Virus record (IMG/VR): IMGVR_UViG_3300027804_000050
Location: 32,001 to 96,000 of that record
Origin: a virus
Strand: one strand, 5' to 3'
Length of the DNA stretch: 64,000 bases
The position numbers and the translations under genes are program-made. The notes under the pieces are model-generated. The model made no database searches, was not told where the DNA came from, and saw only the letters and a program-made list of their open reading frames with translations. Below, piece after piece: positions 20,134 through 29,295 of this stretch. How positions within the stretch are numbered: the stretch's first letter is position 1; each line of letters opens with the position of its first letter.

Positions 20134-20772
20134 ATGGATAAAAAGTTAACAAACATAGCGCAAGTTCTACCTGAAGGATTAGATGAATCTACGGTAGAAA
20201 AAATATTCACCTTAGTCGATTCGGTAATAAACGAACAAGTTGAATCAAAAGTTAAGTTATTAGAAGCAAAAGTTAATGCATTCCTAAGAACAAAAATTGA
20301 TCAACTAAAAGAGCAAGCACTTGCCGAATTAGTCGAAGAGAATGAAGTTTTCAGAAATGCAAAACTATTTGAATCTGTTAGAACCTTGATGACTCTAGAA
20401 TTATCACAAAACGATGAGTCTAGCTTAGTCACAGAAATGAAAGAGCAATCTGATGAATTAGAACAAGAAGTATCGACTCTTAGTGAGCAGATAAACAAAC
20501 TAATTCTAGAAAACGAAAAATTGCAAAACACAATCAAGGTTTTATCAAATAAAGTAAACCTTTCCGAGCAAAAGACGAGAAAGCTTGAAAAGGACAGAAT
20601 GAAATTGGTCGAAGAAGTAAAGAATCTAGAAGCCTCTGCTGATGAACCTTTTGTATCATCTGAGAAGGCTGTTTTGATTTCTGAATCTGAAAGACCAGTT
20701 TCGATTAGAGAACAGGTCGGTAACCCGTTCTTATCCCCAGAGGCTATGAAATTAATGCCTTTTTCTCGTTGA
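20134..20772 (+). CDS. gp22: Prohead scaffold protein (T4 gp22-like)
   Basis: Coiled coil between protease and capsid genes; AGGAG RBS. Confidence 0.75.
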   Translation: MDKKLTNIAQVLPEGLDESTVEKIFTLVDSVINEQVESKVKLLEAKVNAFLRTKIDQLKEQALAELVEENEVFRNAKLFESVRTLMTLELSQNDESSLVTEMKEQSDELEQEVSTLSEQINKLILENEKLQNTIKVLSNKVNLSEQKTRKLEKDRMKLVEEVKNLEASADEPFVSSEKAVLISESERPVSIREQVGNPFLSPEAMKLMPFSR

Positions 20773-20788
20773 TTAGGAATTTCTAAAT

Positions 20789-22423
20789 ATGGACTCGATG
20801 TATATTCACGATGAAAAATTAACGCAGAAGTGGGGGCCTGTACTTGAAGGCATTAACAACGACTACGACCGTAGAGTTACAGCCCAACTTCTAGAGAACC
20901 AAGCTAAGGCAATAGTGGAAGATAAACTCCGCGAAGAGCTTTCAACAGGAGCCACCACAACTGGTCACCTAGGAACTTTCGCCAAGTTTGCTTTCCCACT
21001 CGTAAGAAGAGTATTCCCTGAGCTAATTGCCAAGAACTTCGTTGGTGTTCAACCAATGCAAGCTCCAGTAAGCCAAGTTTTCTACCTCGGTCACAGCCGC
21101 AAGTATGGTACTAATGAAGCTCAAACTGTTTACAGCAAGTACAACCTAACCTACCGTGGTTTGACCTCAAACCCAATAGGTTCTGCTTCTGGAACAGATG
21201 CTGGTACATTCTACACTGGTTCAACCGCAGGAACAGGAACTGGTCTTGATGGTGATGTTGCCGTAACTGGCTTCGACATCTCCAATGTGTTGCAAACTTT
21301 AACGGGTGGACAAATAACTGGTAATGGTGCTCCATCAGGAACCTTTGGTGGTAAGATAGCTGCATTCCCTAATGCTTCTGCAACTTATGCTTGGATCATG
21401 AGTGCTGGAGAGCGTTTAGAGGGAACAGGTATTCCTGAGCTAACCATGCACATTGAACAAGAAGCCGTCATTGCTCGTACTCGCAAGATGCGTGCATTGT
21501 GGACTCTTGAAGCTTCACAAGATCTCAAGGCTTACCATAACCTCGATCTCGAAAGAGAACTAACCGATCTTCTCTCCAAGGAACTTCAACTTGAAATAGA
21601 CCGCGAATTAATTGAAGATCTTCGTATGATTGCTTATGGATTCAATCGTACTGATACAACTGCTAAACTAGGTGGTGCTTCACTCCAAAATATGGATAAG
21701 AGTTACCTAGATTTTGGAACATTTGATGGTCTTGCTAACAAGAGCACTGCTGCTACCGGAACATTTGTTCCCGGACAGTTCACATATGATTTCACTGGAC
21801 TAGCAGCTACCGCCACAGGCAATGAATTTGGTTCACTACCTTCAAACAGAAATGTTTTCATCGTGGACTTCGGTGCCTTTACAGGAACCTTAAATCCCCG
21901 TCACCTTGGAGAAGTTTATGCTAATCTCTTAGCAGTAATCAACTTTGCTGCTCAAGATATCTACAAGACCACAATGCGTGGTCCCGGTAGCTGGCTACTA
22001 ACTTCGCCTGTAGTTGCATCACTTCTAGAGAGTGCTGCCAAGCTAGAAGGTGGTATTGCTAGAGAAGATGGTCCAACTAACATCGCTGCAAACTCAATCC
22101 AGTTCAGAGGTAAGTTCATGGGACGCTACGATCTCTATGTAGACCCAATGTTCCCCGATGATGAAATAATGGTTGGTTATAAGGGTTCAAATGCAATGGA
22201 TGCTGGTTACATCTATGCTCCTTACATCCCACTACAACAGCTACCAACTGTCACAGATCCTGAGAGCTTCCAACCAAGAAAGGGTATCCTAACCCGCTAT
22301 GGTAAGGTTGCTATCGAGCCTAATACAAGATTCTACCGTATTATTAGAATCGTAGGCCCCTCACTAAACTTCTTAACTTACCCCTTCGTTGCGGTGACTA
22401 AGAAGTTTGGTAGCTCACTCTGA
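20789..22423 (+). CDS. gp23: Major capsid protein (T4 gp23-like)
   Basis: LLENQ, VGVQPM, QDLKAYH, EIDRE, YAPYIPL, FQPRKGILTRYG motifs. Confidence 0.96.
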   Translation: MDSMYIHDEKLTQKWGPVLEGINNDYDRRVTAQLLENQAKAIVEDKLREELSTGATTTGHLGTFAKFAFPLVRRVFPELIAKNFVGVQPMQAPVSQVFYLGHSRKYGTNEAQTVYSKYNLTYRGLTSNPIGSASGTDAGTFYTGSTAGTGTGLDGDVAVTGFDISNVLQTLTGGQITGNGAPSGTFGGKIAAFPNASATYAWIMSAGERLEGTGIPELTMHIEQEAVIARTRKMRALWTLEASQDLKAYHNLDLERELTDLLSKELQLEIDRELIEDLRMIAYGFNRTDTTAKLGGASLQNMDKSYLDFGTFDGLANKSTAATGTFVPGQFTYDFTGLAATATGNEFGSLPSNRNVFIVDFGAFTGTLNPRHLGEVYANLLAVINFAAQDIYKTTMRGPGSWLLTSPVVASLLESAAKLEGGIAREDGPTNIAANSIQFRGKFMGRYDLYVDPMFPDDEIMVGYKGSNAMDAGYIYAPYIPLQQLPTVTDPESFQPRKGILTRYGKVAIEPNTRFYRIIRIVGPSLNFLTYPFVAVTKKFGSSL

Positions 22424-22440
22424 TCTGACTGATTAATTAA

Positions 22441-22476
22441 AAGAGGCAAGGAAATAAAATTCCTTGCCTCTTTTTT
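22441..22476 (+). terminator. Intrinsic terminator
   Basis: AAGAGGCAAGGAA/TTCCTTGCCTCTT stem plus T tract after capsid gene. Confidence 0.85.
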
Positions 22477-22481
22477 GTTAC

Positions 22482-22488
22482 CTATATA
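22482..22488 (+). promoter_or_regulatory. Putative late promoter CTATATA
   Basis: Directly after terminator and before GGGAG RBS. Confidence 0.45.
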
Positions 22489-22502
22489 CATTAGGGAGTT
22501 TT

Positions 22503-22727
22503 ATGTTCAAATATAGATCTAGATGTAAATGGAATCAATTATTAAGTATAAATAATAAAATAATAGAAATAAGACCGGGAGAATTTTTTGAATCCTCCCA
22601 AGAACTAGACTCCCCTTTCTTAGAGTTAGTAGCAGAAAAGAAGATAATATTTGAACCCAAGAAAAAAAAGGTGATAGAAGATGACATTTCCAGTGATAGC
22701 CAAGCCAAGAATAATGGGGTACGGTGA
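22503..22727 (+). CDS. Small hypothetical virion-associated protein
   Basis: ATG at 22503 with GGGAG RBS; EIRPGE motif. Confidence 0.55.
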   Translation: MFKYRSRCKWNQLLSINNKIIEIRPGEFFESSQELDSPFLELVAEKKIIFEPKKKKVIEDDISSDSQAKNNGVR

Positions 22728-23556
22728 TACTTTTGGAAGCTATGGTGGTAGACTTCTAACAGACACTAAGACTAATGGCGAAATAAAGACTGAAGAATTA
22801 AACACTGGATTGTTGGAAGACGGTGTTGAGTTCAACAGATTTGAACTATCTATCCGTGATTATATCTTGGCTAGACTTGGTCATCCTGTTGTGCGAGTTG
22901 AACTTAGTCCTTTTCAATTGAAAAGTTCAATTGAAGAATCAATAAACAAATTTTCTTATCATGCACCTTTTTGGAATCGCCAATTTGCGGTTTTTGAAAC
23001 ATCGGCTGGAATAAACCAGTACATATTACCACCACATATAGCACATAATCTAACTTATGTTGTTTATAGAAAAACACTACTTACACTACAACAAGCAACA
23101 CATGATTTAGAATATGATTTCTTTATTAAGTATTTCCAAGATAATTTCATTTATGGTGATTTTAGACTTGGAGATTTTTATCTTCTCCAAACCCACTTGG
23201 AACTTGCTAGAAAAGTTCTAGGTCAAGAAGGTGCATTTGATCTTTTAAATGGGAACATTTTGCAAGTGTATCCAGCACCAATCATAAATGGGGATGAAGT
23301 TATTTTAGAATTCAGAGCTATTGATACAAACACCATTCACCCTGCGTATAGAAATTGGATACAAAAATATGCTCTTGCGATAGCCAAAGGAATCCTTGGT
23401 GAAATAAGAGGTAAGTATTCAAGTCTACCATCCCCCGGTGGAGGTGCTAATTTAAATGGTGCTGCCCTGACTCAAGCAAGCCAAATGGAAAAAAAAGAGT
23501 TAGAAGAACAACTTCGAAGTGAATTCGAAGAACCCCCAACATTCACAGTATGGTGA
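22681..23556 (+). CDS. gp13: Neck protein (T4 gp13-like)
   Basis: LGHPVVRVEL, WIQKYALA, KYSSLPSPGG...LNG motifs. Confidence 0.88.
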   Translation: MTFPVIAKPRIMGYGDTFGSYGGRLLTDTKTNGEIKTEELNTGLLEDGVEFNRFELSIRDYILARLGHPVVRVELSPFQLKSSIEESINKFSYHAPFWNRQFAVFETSAGINQYILPPHIAHNLTYVVYRKTLLTLQQATHDLEYDFFIKYFQDNFIYGDFRLGDFYLLQTHLELARKVLGQEGAFDLLNGNILQVYPAPIINGDEVILEFRAIDTNTIHPAYRNWIQKYALAIAKGILGEIRGKYSSLPSPGGGANLNGAALTQASQMEKKELEEQLRSEFEEPPTFTVW

Positions 23557-23559
23557 TAT

Positions 23560-24105
23560 ATGCCTTTGAAATCTGGATCAAGTAAAAAAGTAGTTAGTGG
23601 TAATATAAAAGAGTTGATGTCTGCTTATAAGAAAAAAGGTAAGATTGGAACTAGTAAGCCTAAAAATAAAAGAGCAGCACAAAAACAATCAGTTGCGATT
23701 GCACTTTCAAAAGCAAGAGAAGCCATTGAATTAGCTGGAAATCTTTTATTAGAAGAACCTCAGTATAAAAAAGGTATGAAGAGATTAGGTCAAAAAGCAG
23801 CAGAGGAATTTGCTAAGTCTGAAAAAGCCACAGCACAAGGAGAAGGAAGATATCATGCTCAAAAAGCACTTGGTTTTATTAAGGCTGGAAAACGAGCTAA
23901 AGCAGCACAAGCAAAAACACAAGCAGGCAGACAAGATTCTTCAACCGAGCACATAGGAACTCAATTAATAGAAAAACTTTGTGCCAAAGGAAAGGCTGCT
24001 GCAAAACGCAAGTTTGATGTTTACCCATCTGCTTATGCCAACATGTATGCTTCCGCTGTTTGTTCTGGTAAAGTTACACCCGGAGGAAAAAAAGATAACA
24101 AATGA
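23560..24105 (+). CDS. Basic modular putative internal head protein
   Basis: MPLKSGSSKKVVSGNIKE...AIALSKA and AKRKFDVYPSAYAN modules common in large phages. Confidence 0.55.
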   Translation: MPLKSGSSKKVVSGNIKELMSAYKKKGKIGTSKPKNKRAAQKQSVAIALSKAREAIELAGNLLLEEPQYKKGMKRLGQKAAEEFAKSEKATAQGEGRYHAQKALGFIKAGKRAKAAQAKTQAGRQDSSTEHIGTQLIEKLCAKGKAAAKRKFDVYPSAYANMYASAVCSGKVTPGGKKDNK

Positions 24106-24923
24106 ATCTTAATGAAGATTTAAGAAAATGGGTTGCTGAAAAATGGGTTGACATTGGAGCACCAAAAAAAGGTGGGGGATTCAAACCATGTGGTAGGCAA
24201 AAAGGAGAAAAGCGTAGAGGCTATCCTAAATGTGTTCCTCTAGCTAAAGCTACTTCAATGTCTCAAAAGCAAAGAAGATCAGCAGTAAAAAGAAAAAGAG
24301 CTGCCCCTAACGATGGGCCAAAACCAGATTTTGTTTCAACAGAAGGGAAAAATGAAATGAACGATTCAATTCAATCTTATTTAAATATTTTTGGAACTTT
24401 ATTATCAGAAGTTAGTATAACAGGGGCACAATTTGCTACAGGAATTAGGGGAAATCCTTCAAGAAAAAAACTAGGACAAGAAGAAATTATTGTTAGGGGT
24501 GTGACGGGTAATTCTATATCAGTTTCTCCAAATGACCCTAGATATAAACAATTTCAAACTAGACTAGGGAAAGATAAACCCACAACTCTTTATTCTGGAA
24601 CTAAAATTCGTTCAGTTAGCAGTAGAGGAGATAAAGTTTCAGAAGGTAAAAGTCCAGCATGGCAAAGAAGCGAAGGTAAGAATCCAGAGGGGGGATTAAA
24701 TAAAAAAGGAATAGCATCATATAGAGCAGCTAACCCCGGTTCAAAACTTTCTATGGCAGTTACAACAAAACCTTCTAAGTTGAAAAAAGGATCTAAGGCT
24801 GCAAAGAGAAGAAGATCTTTTTGTGCCAGAATGAGTGGTATGAAGAAAAGATTAACTTCAGCAAAGACGGCAAAAGACCCAAATAGCAGAATAAATAAAT
24901 CATTGAGAAAATGGAACTGCTGA
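24102..24923 (+). CDS. Basic modular protein (DUF5872-like and DUF6321-like modules)
   Basis: LRKW..EKWVD...PCGR...YPKCVP; AWQR.EGKNPEGGLN...RSFCARM...RKWNC. Confidence 0.6.
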   Translation: MNLNEDLRKWVAEKWVDIGAPKKGGGFKPCGRQKGEKRRGYPKCVPLAKATSMSQKQRRSAVKRKRAAPNDGPKPDFVSTEGKNEMNDSIQSYLNIFGTLLSEVSITGAQFATGIRGNPSRKKLGQEEIIVRGVTGNSISVSPNDPRYKQFQTRLGKDKPTTLYSGTKIRSVSSRGDKVSEGKSPAWQRSEGKNPEGGLNKKGIASYRAANPGSKLSMAVTTKPSKLKKGSKAAKRRRSFCARMSGMKKRLTSAKTAKDPNSRINKSLRKWNC

Positions 24924-24926
24924 TAA

Positions 24927-25499
24927 ATGACAAATAAAAAAGAAAATTTTAAAATAACTACAAAACTCCCAGAACTTCCAGACATAGATTCTGAAGGATC
25001 GGAGCTAAGTTTATTTGACCAAAATAATCCAGATTTGAACTTATTCAACTTAGTAGACGATGAACTGATAAAACTCAGTGGTAGTAAAATGTACTTCTAT
25101 AAATACAATCAATCAGTTGATTTTGATCCTGTTTACATGGAATCAAAAAACAAACCAGTATCTAGAATTCCTATTTTAGTTCATGGTCATTATGAACCAG
25201 AAGCTTTGAGTGAGAACCTAACAAATTTCGGTGTAGAACTATCAAGTGATCAAGTTTTTACTTTTAACAAATCTTATATCGAACGCAAGTTAGGCAGATC
25301 AGTTATACCCGGAGATATTATTAAACCACTATTTCAAAATCAGAAATATCAAGTCTTTCAGGTAGTAGAAGATTCTTTTGAAGCATACGGAGTTTATCAT
25401 TTGGTTTGCAATGCTAAACTTCTTAGAGATGCTGAAGGCACTGTCAATACTCCATTAACAAAAGTGGATGATCCTTTGGGAGGGTATAGCCACGAATGA
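24927..25499 (+). CDS. gp14: Neck protein (T4 gp14-like)
   Basis: DELIKLSG, DPVYME, FGVE, PGDII motifs; position. Confidence 0.75.
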   Translation: MTNKKENFKITTKLPELPDIDSEGSELSLFDQNNPDLNLFNLVDDELIKLSGSKMYFYKYNQSVDFDPVYMESKNKPVSRIPILVHGHYEPEALSENLTNFGVELSSDQVFTFNKSYIERKLGRSVIPGDIIKPLFQNQKYQVFQVVEDSFEAYGVYHLVCNAKLLRDAEGTVNTPLTKVDDPLGGYSHE

Positions 25500-26242
25500 A
25501 TTCTTCAGCCATAGAAATAGTTCTTAGAAATCAATCTATACTTGGAGAAACTGAAATAGGAACTTTGAGTAGTAGAAGTGATAGTTATTTAACGAGAGAA
25601 TCTTATATTAGGAATGAAATTCTAAGAATAACAAAAAAAGAATCAATCATCTCTGGTATGTACAAAGAGTTGCTTCGAGCAATGATTGATTTCTTTTCTG
25701 ACATGGTTTGTATTGATGATGAGAATAAAGTTATCCAAATTAGATGCATCTATGCCAACCCAGAGAGAGCAATAGCAAAGATAAAACAAGAAAATAATAT
25801 AATTTTACCATTAGTATCAGTATCCCAAGACAAATCAAAAGTTGATTTAGCTAGATCCAGATACAAAACCTTGCTAGTGCATGAAACAAAATACGACCCT
25901 GTTAAAAATAGAGCTATTAGAATTTTAAGTTTAGCTCCAGTTCCAATAGAAATTACTTATAATGTTAATGTTTGGTGTAAATATAAATCAGATTTGGATC
26001 AAATCGTAGAACAGATAAACTTAAAATTTAATCCAGATGCAGATTTATCAATCCCCGGTCATACATTAATTAAGGCTTATCTAGGGGAGGATACTTCGGC
26101 CTCTTCTGATTTAGAAGCAACTGATAAGGAAGATAGAGTAATTAAAAGAACTTATTCCGTAAATATATCAACTTACTTAAATAATCCTAAGTTTATTATA
26201 ACATCCAATGGAGCTATAGAAAGACTTAATTTAGAATTTTAA
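25496..26242 (+). CDS. gp15: Tail completion/sheath stabiliser (T4 gp15-like)
   Basis: YANPER, ILP, PVPIEITY, DQIVEQI..KFNP motifs. Confidence 0.8.
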   Translation: MNSSAIEIVLRNQSILGETEIGTLSSRSDSYLTRESYIRNEILRITKKESIISGMYKELLRAMIDFFSDMVCIDDENKVIQIRCIYANPERAIAKIKQENNIILPLVSVSQDKSKVDLARSRYKTLLVHETKYDPVKNRAIRILSLAPVPIEITYNVNVWCKYKSDLDQIVEQINLKFNPDADLSIPGHTLIKAYLGEDTSASSDLEATDKEDRVIKRTYSVNISTYLNNPKFIITSNGAIERLNLEF

Positions 26243-26297
26243 AAAAATATTTCTAAAATAGTTCTGAGTCCTAGTACATAAACATGAGAGGTAATAT

Positions 26298-26474
26298 ATG
26301 AAATTAGTTAAAAACACTAGTCTACAAGCTTTCACAATCTATTTTTCAACAGAGAGTGGATGCGATGAAAGATGGTTGAAGCCCGGAGAAGGTGTAGTTG
26401 TCCCTGACCATTACATCACAGAACAAGTATTAAACTTAGCCAAAAAAAGAATACTCAAAGTAGTTAACGCCTGA
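26298..26474 (+). CDS. Small 58-aa protein not in ORF track (MKLVKNTSLQ...LKPGE...KVVNA)
   Basis: GAGG RBS; open frame fills the gap before the sheath gene. Confidence 0.7.
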   Translation: MKLVKNTSLQAFTIYFSTESGCDERWLKPGEGVVVPDHYITEQVLNLAKKRILKVVNA

Positions 26475-26486
26475 TAGGAGATAATT

Positions 26487-28616
26487 ATGCCAAACTTTGT
26501 TAGCCCCGGTGTTTATGTTATAGAAAAGGACCTTTCAGAGTACACACCATCTCTGAATAGCTCCGTTGTTGGAATCGTAGGATTTGCATCTAAAGGTCCA
26601 ACAAACGAAGCTACATTGATCACAAGCCAAAATCAACTCATTGATACCTTTGGTGCTCCTAGCGAAGATATCTTCGGTCAAGGTCTAGAAGGTGCTTTAG
26701 AAGTTCTAGAGACAACCAATTCAATGTATTTTGTCAGAGCCGCTGCAACCTCAGCAGTCGAAGCTTCTGCCGCAGTTACTTTTGGTGCTTGCCCTGCCAT
26801 TATAGTATCAAGTAATCAATTTGGAGTAACTAGTAATCTTTACCTAGATATTCAAGTAAAGAATAATGCTGGTATAGAACAGTTTGCTTCAGCTAAACAA
26901 TTTAATATACCATCAGGAACTTTAACTGCTGGAGATCCTGATGTTTGCCAAGCAAGAGCATTAAAGAAAATAATTGGGGGTAGTTTAGACGCTGATGTTG
27001 TAGGTGTCTTTGACAATAATTCTACAACAGGATTAGGAGTTTCTGGAGCATTAGTCGGATCTTTCGCTGGTTCTGGGGCTTCTTTAAGTGTAACTGCTTA
27101 CTCAAACTCAACAAGAACTACTGGAGTTGCAGCCCTTTTCCCAGTAAACCATGCTGTAGGAACAACAAACTTCGGAGCTTCAGGCACTGGAGTTTCTTCA
27201 ATTACTGTTTTTGGAGCAGCCTTTGATGCTTTAACATCTAGCGGACTAACTTATTTCGTAGAAACTCTTTACCCCGGTGCTGGATACAATGCAGGAACCA
27301 CCGTTGATGGTGATACCAGTGGTAATTCTGTAACTGTCAGAGGTCTTGGTGCAGGTAACTTTGCTATAGATATAAATGAAAATGGTGCTGTAGTTGAAAA
27401 CTTCAAAGCCTCACTATTTGCTAGCGGAGCATTCCTTGAAGATGTAATTAATACTGGATCCACGAACACCACTTCAAGATATATTCAAGGAAACTTGTAT
27501 GCTGAAAATGGTGATATAGCTAGTGTAACTCCACTTAACAACTTTGCTAGCCAAGCTAGTGCTTTAGTTGGAGCAACCTTCGATCTTCTCAAGGGAACAC
27601 AACCAAACGCAGTTACTGGTGCTAGTTTAATTCAAGCAAGATTCGTTAAGCCTGTTGAAGGAACATATAATTTTGCTGGTGGAGATAACGGTATACCTTC
27701 TGATACTAACGGCAAAGCCACAGTATTGATTGGGGATGCAGCATCAGAACCCAAGACTGGTATCTATGCTCTAGATGACGATCTTCTCAATATTAGCATT
27801 GCACTAATCCCCGGTGTCTATAATCAAAGTGTTCAGAATGCCCTTGTAACATTGGCTGAACAAACTCAGAATTTCATCGCTCTGGTTTCTCCTCCTTACG
27901 GAATAGGAACAGTTCAGGATGCAATTGACTGGTCAAATGGTAAGTCTAGCAGCACTGCTGGATCGCGCACTGCTGCAATCAATAGCTCGTATGCAGCCAT
28001 CTACTTCCCACATGTTAAGGTGTTCAGCACCTTTGATGGTAAGGATCGTTGGTATGATCCAACAATCTTCGCTGCAAGACAGATGGCATTTACCGATAGT
28101 GTATCTGAAACTTGGTTTGCTCCCGCTGGATTCGTTCGTGGTAGATTAACCAAGCCAACCGATGTTGAAGTTAAACTCAACCAAGGTGATAGAGATACTA
28201 TGTATAGCGGCGGTAATGTTCTCAACCCAGTTGTTAACTTTGCCCAGCAAGGTATAACAATCTTCGGTCAAAGAACTGCCCAAAGAGATCCTTCTGCACT
28301 TGACAGAGTAAACATCAGAAGAATGATGATCTACATCAGAAAGGTAATCCTAGCTTCAACAAGAAGACTAGTGTTTGAACCTAACGACGAGTTTACTTGG
28401 GCAAGAGTTGAAAGCTTGCTAAACCCATTCTTCGCTGACATTGCTCAGAGAAGAGGTATTACACAATTCAAGGTTGTTTGTGACTCCACTACAAACACTC
28501 CAATAAGAATTGATAGAAATGAAATGTGGTGCAAGGTTTTAATCAAACCAACTAAGACTGCTGAGATTGTGGTCTTTGAACTTAATTTAACAAGTCAATC
28601 TGCACAAATAGGTTGA
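26487..28616 (+). CDS. gp18: Tail sheath protein
   Basis: FVSPGVYVIEKD, WFAPAG..RG, FGQRT, RVNIRR, FEPND motifs. Confidence 0.96.
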   Translation: MPNFVSPGVYVIEKDLSEYTPSLNSSVVGIVGFASKGPTNEATLITSQNQLIDTFGAPSEDIFGQGLEGALEVLETTNSMYFVRAAATSAVEASAAVTFGACPAIIVSSNQFGVTSNLYLDIQVKNNAGIEQFASAKQFNIPSGTLTAGDPDVCQARALKKIIGGSLDADVVGVFDNNSTTGLGVSGALVGSFAGSGASLSVTAYSNSTRTTGVAALFPVNHAVGTTNFGASGTGVSSITVFGAAFDALTSSGLTYFVETLYPGAGYNAGTTVDGDTSGNSVTVRGLGAGNFAIDINENGAVVENFKASLFASGAFLEDVINTGSTNTTSRYIQGNLYAENGDIASVTPLNNFASQASALVGATFDLLKGTQPNAVTGASLIQARFVKPVEGTYNFAGGDNGIPSDTNGKATVLIGDAASEPKTGIYALDDDLLNISIALIPGVYNQSVQNALVTLAEQTQNFIALVSPPYGIGTVQDAIDWSNGKSSSTAGSRTAAINSSYAAIYFPHVKVFSTFDGKDRWYDPTIFAARQMAFTDSVSETWFAPAGFVRGRLTKPTDVEVKLNQGDRDTMYSGGNVLNPVVNFAQQGITIFGQRTAQRDPSALDRVNIRRMMIYIRKVILASTRRLVFEPNDEFTWARVESLLNPFFADIAQRRGITQFKVVCDSTTNTPIRIDRNEMWCKVLIKPTKTAEIVVFELNLTSQSAQIG

Positions 28617-28628
28617 TAAGGAGAAACT

Positions 28629-29219
28629 ATGGCAACATACAGTGAATATCGTGGTTCGATAGCTTCGACAAGCCCAACACCACTTAAAATCTCAACTTCC
28701 TTAGATGCTATAAGAAGCTATCAATTTGAAGTTGATTTCAGAAACATCCCTGCCTTGGGGGATTACAAAGAAGGCGATTTACAAATAGGTGTAAATAAGG
28801 TAACTTCCTTTGGTCCCAAGATTGAACCTATCGAAATTAATAGAGTGAATGATATTGTAAAATATCCCGGTAAGATGAAATTCGAACCAATCACAATAAC
28901 TTTCGATAATCAGTTACTACTCCCACAATATGCTCACCTTTGGGAGTATATCAAGGCTGTATATAATCCTCTAACTGGAACATATCATAATCCAGCCTCA
29001 GGAGCTAGAAACATTGCTACAATCAAAGCTTCTAGAATAATTGTTCGTCAACTAAGCGGACAGAATACCCCAATATCGGAAACAACTTTCTGGGGCGTAT
29101 TCCCTATGGAATATGCAATATCAGAAATGAAGTATTCTGAATCGACTAGTGTTAACACCATTGATGTTAAGTTCTCCTTCGACACAATGGATATTAGAAC
29201 TGTTGGAAAGGCTCCCTGA
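28629..29219 (+). CDS. gp19: Tail tube protein
   Basis: Follows sheath; KYPGK..FEPITITF and GVFP motifs. Confidence 0.8.
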   Translation: MATYSEYRGSIASTSPTPLKISTSLDAIRSYQFEVDFRNIPALGDYKEGDLQIGVNKVTSFGPKIEPIEINRVNDIVKYPGKMKFEPITITFDNQLLLPQYAHLWEYIKAVYNPLTGTYHNPASGARNIATIKASRIIVRQLSGQNTPISETTFWGVFPMEYAISEMKYSESTSVNTIDVKFSFDTMDIRTVGKAP

Positions 29220-29241
29220 TTTAAGTTTAGATTAATAATAG

Positions 29242-29275
29242 ATACCCAATCTAAGAATCTTAGATTGGGTATTTT
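29242..29275 (+). terminator. Terminator / near-perfect palindrome
   Basis: ATACCCAATCTAAGA-A-TCTTAGATTGGGTAT then TTT. Confidence 0.75.
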
Positions 29276-29283
29276 CCTTAGAG

Positions 29284-29291
29284 CTATAATA
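29284..29291 (+). promoter_or_regulatory. Putative -10-type promoter CTATAATA (leaderless)
   Basis: TATAAT 5 nt before ATG; no SD. Confidence 0.5.
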
Positions 29292-29295
29292 GTAT

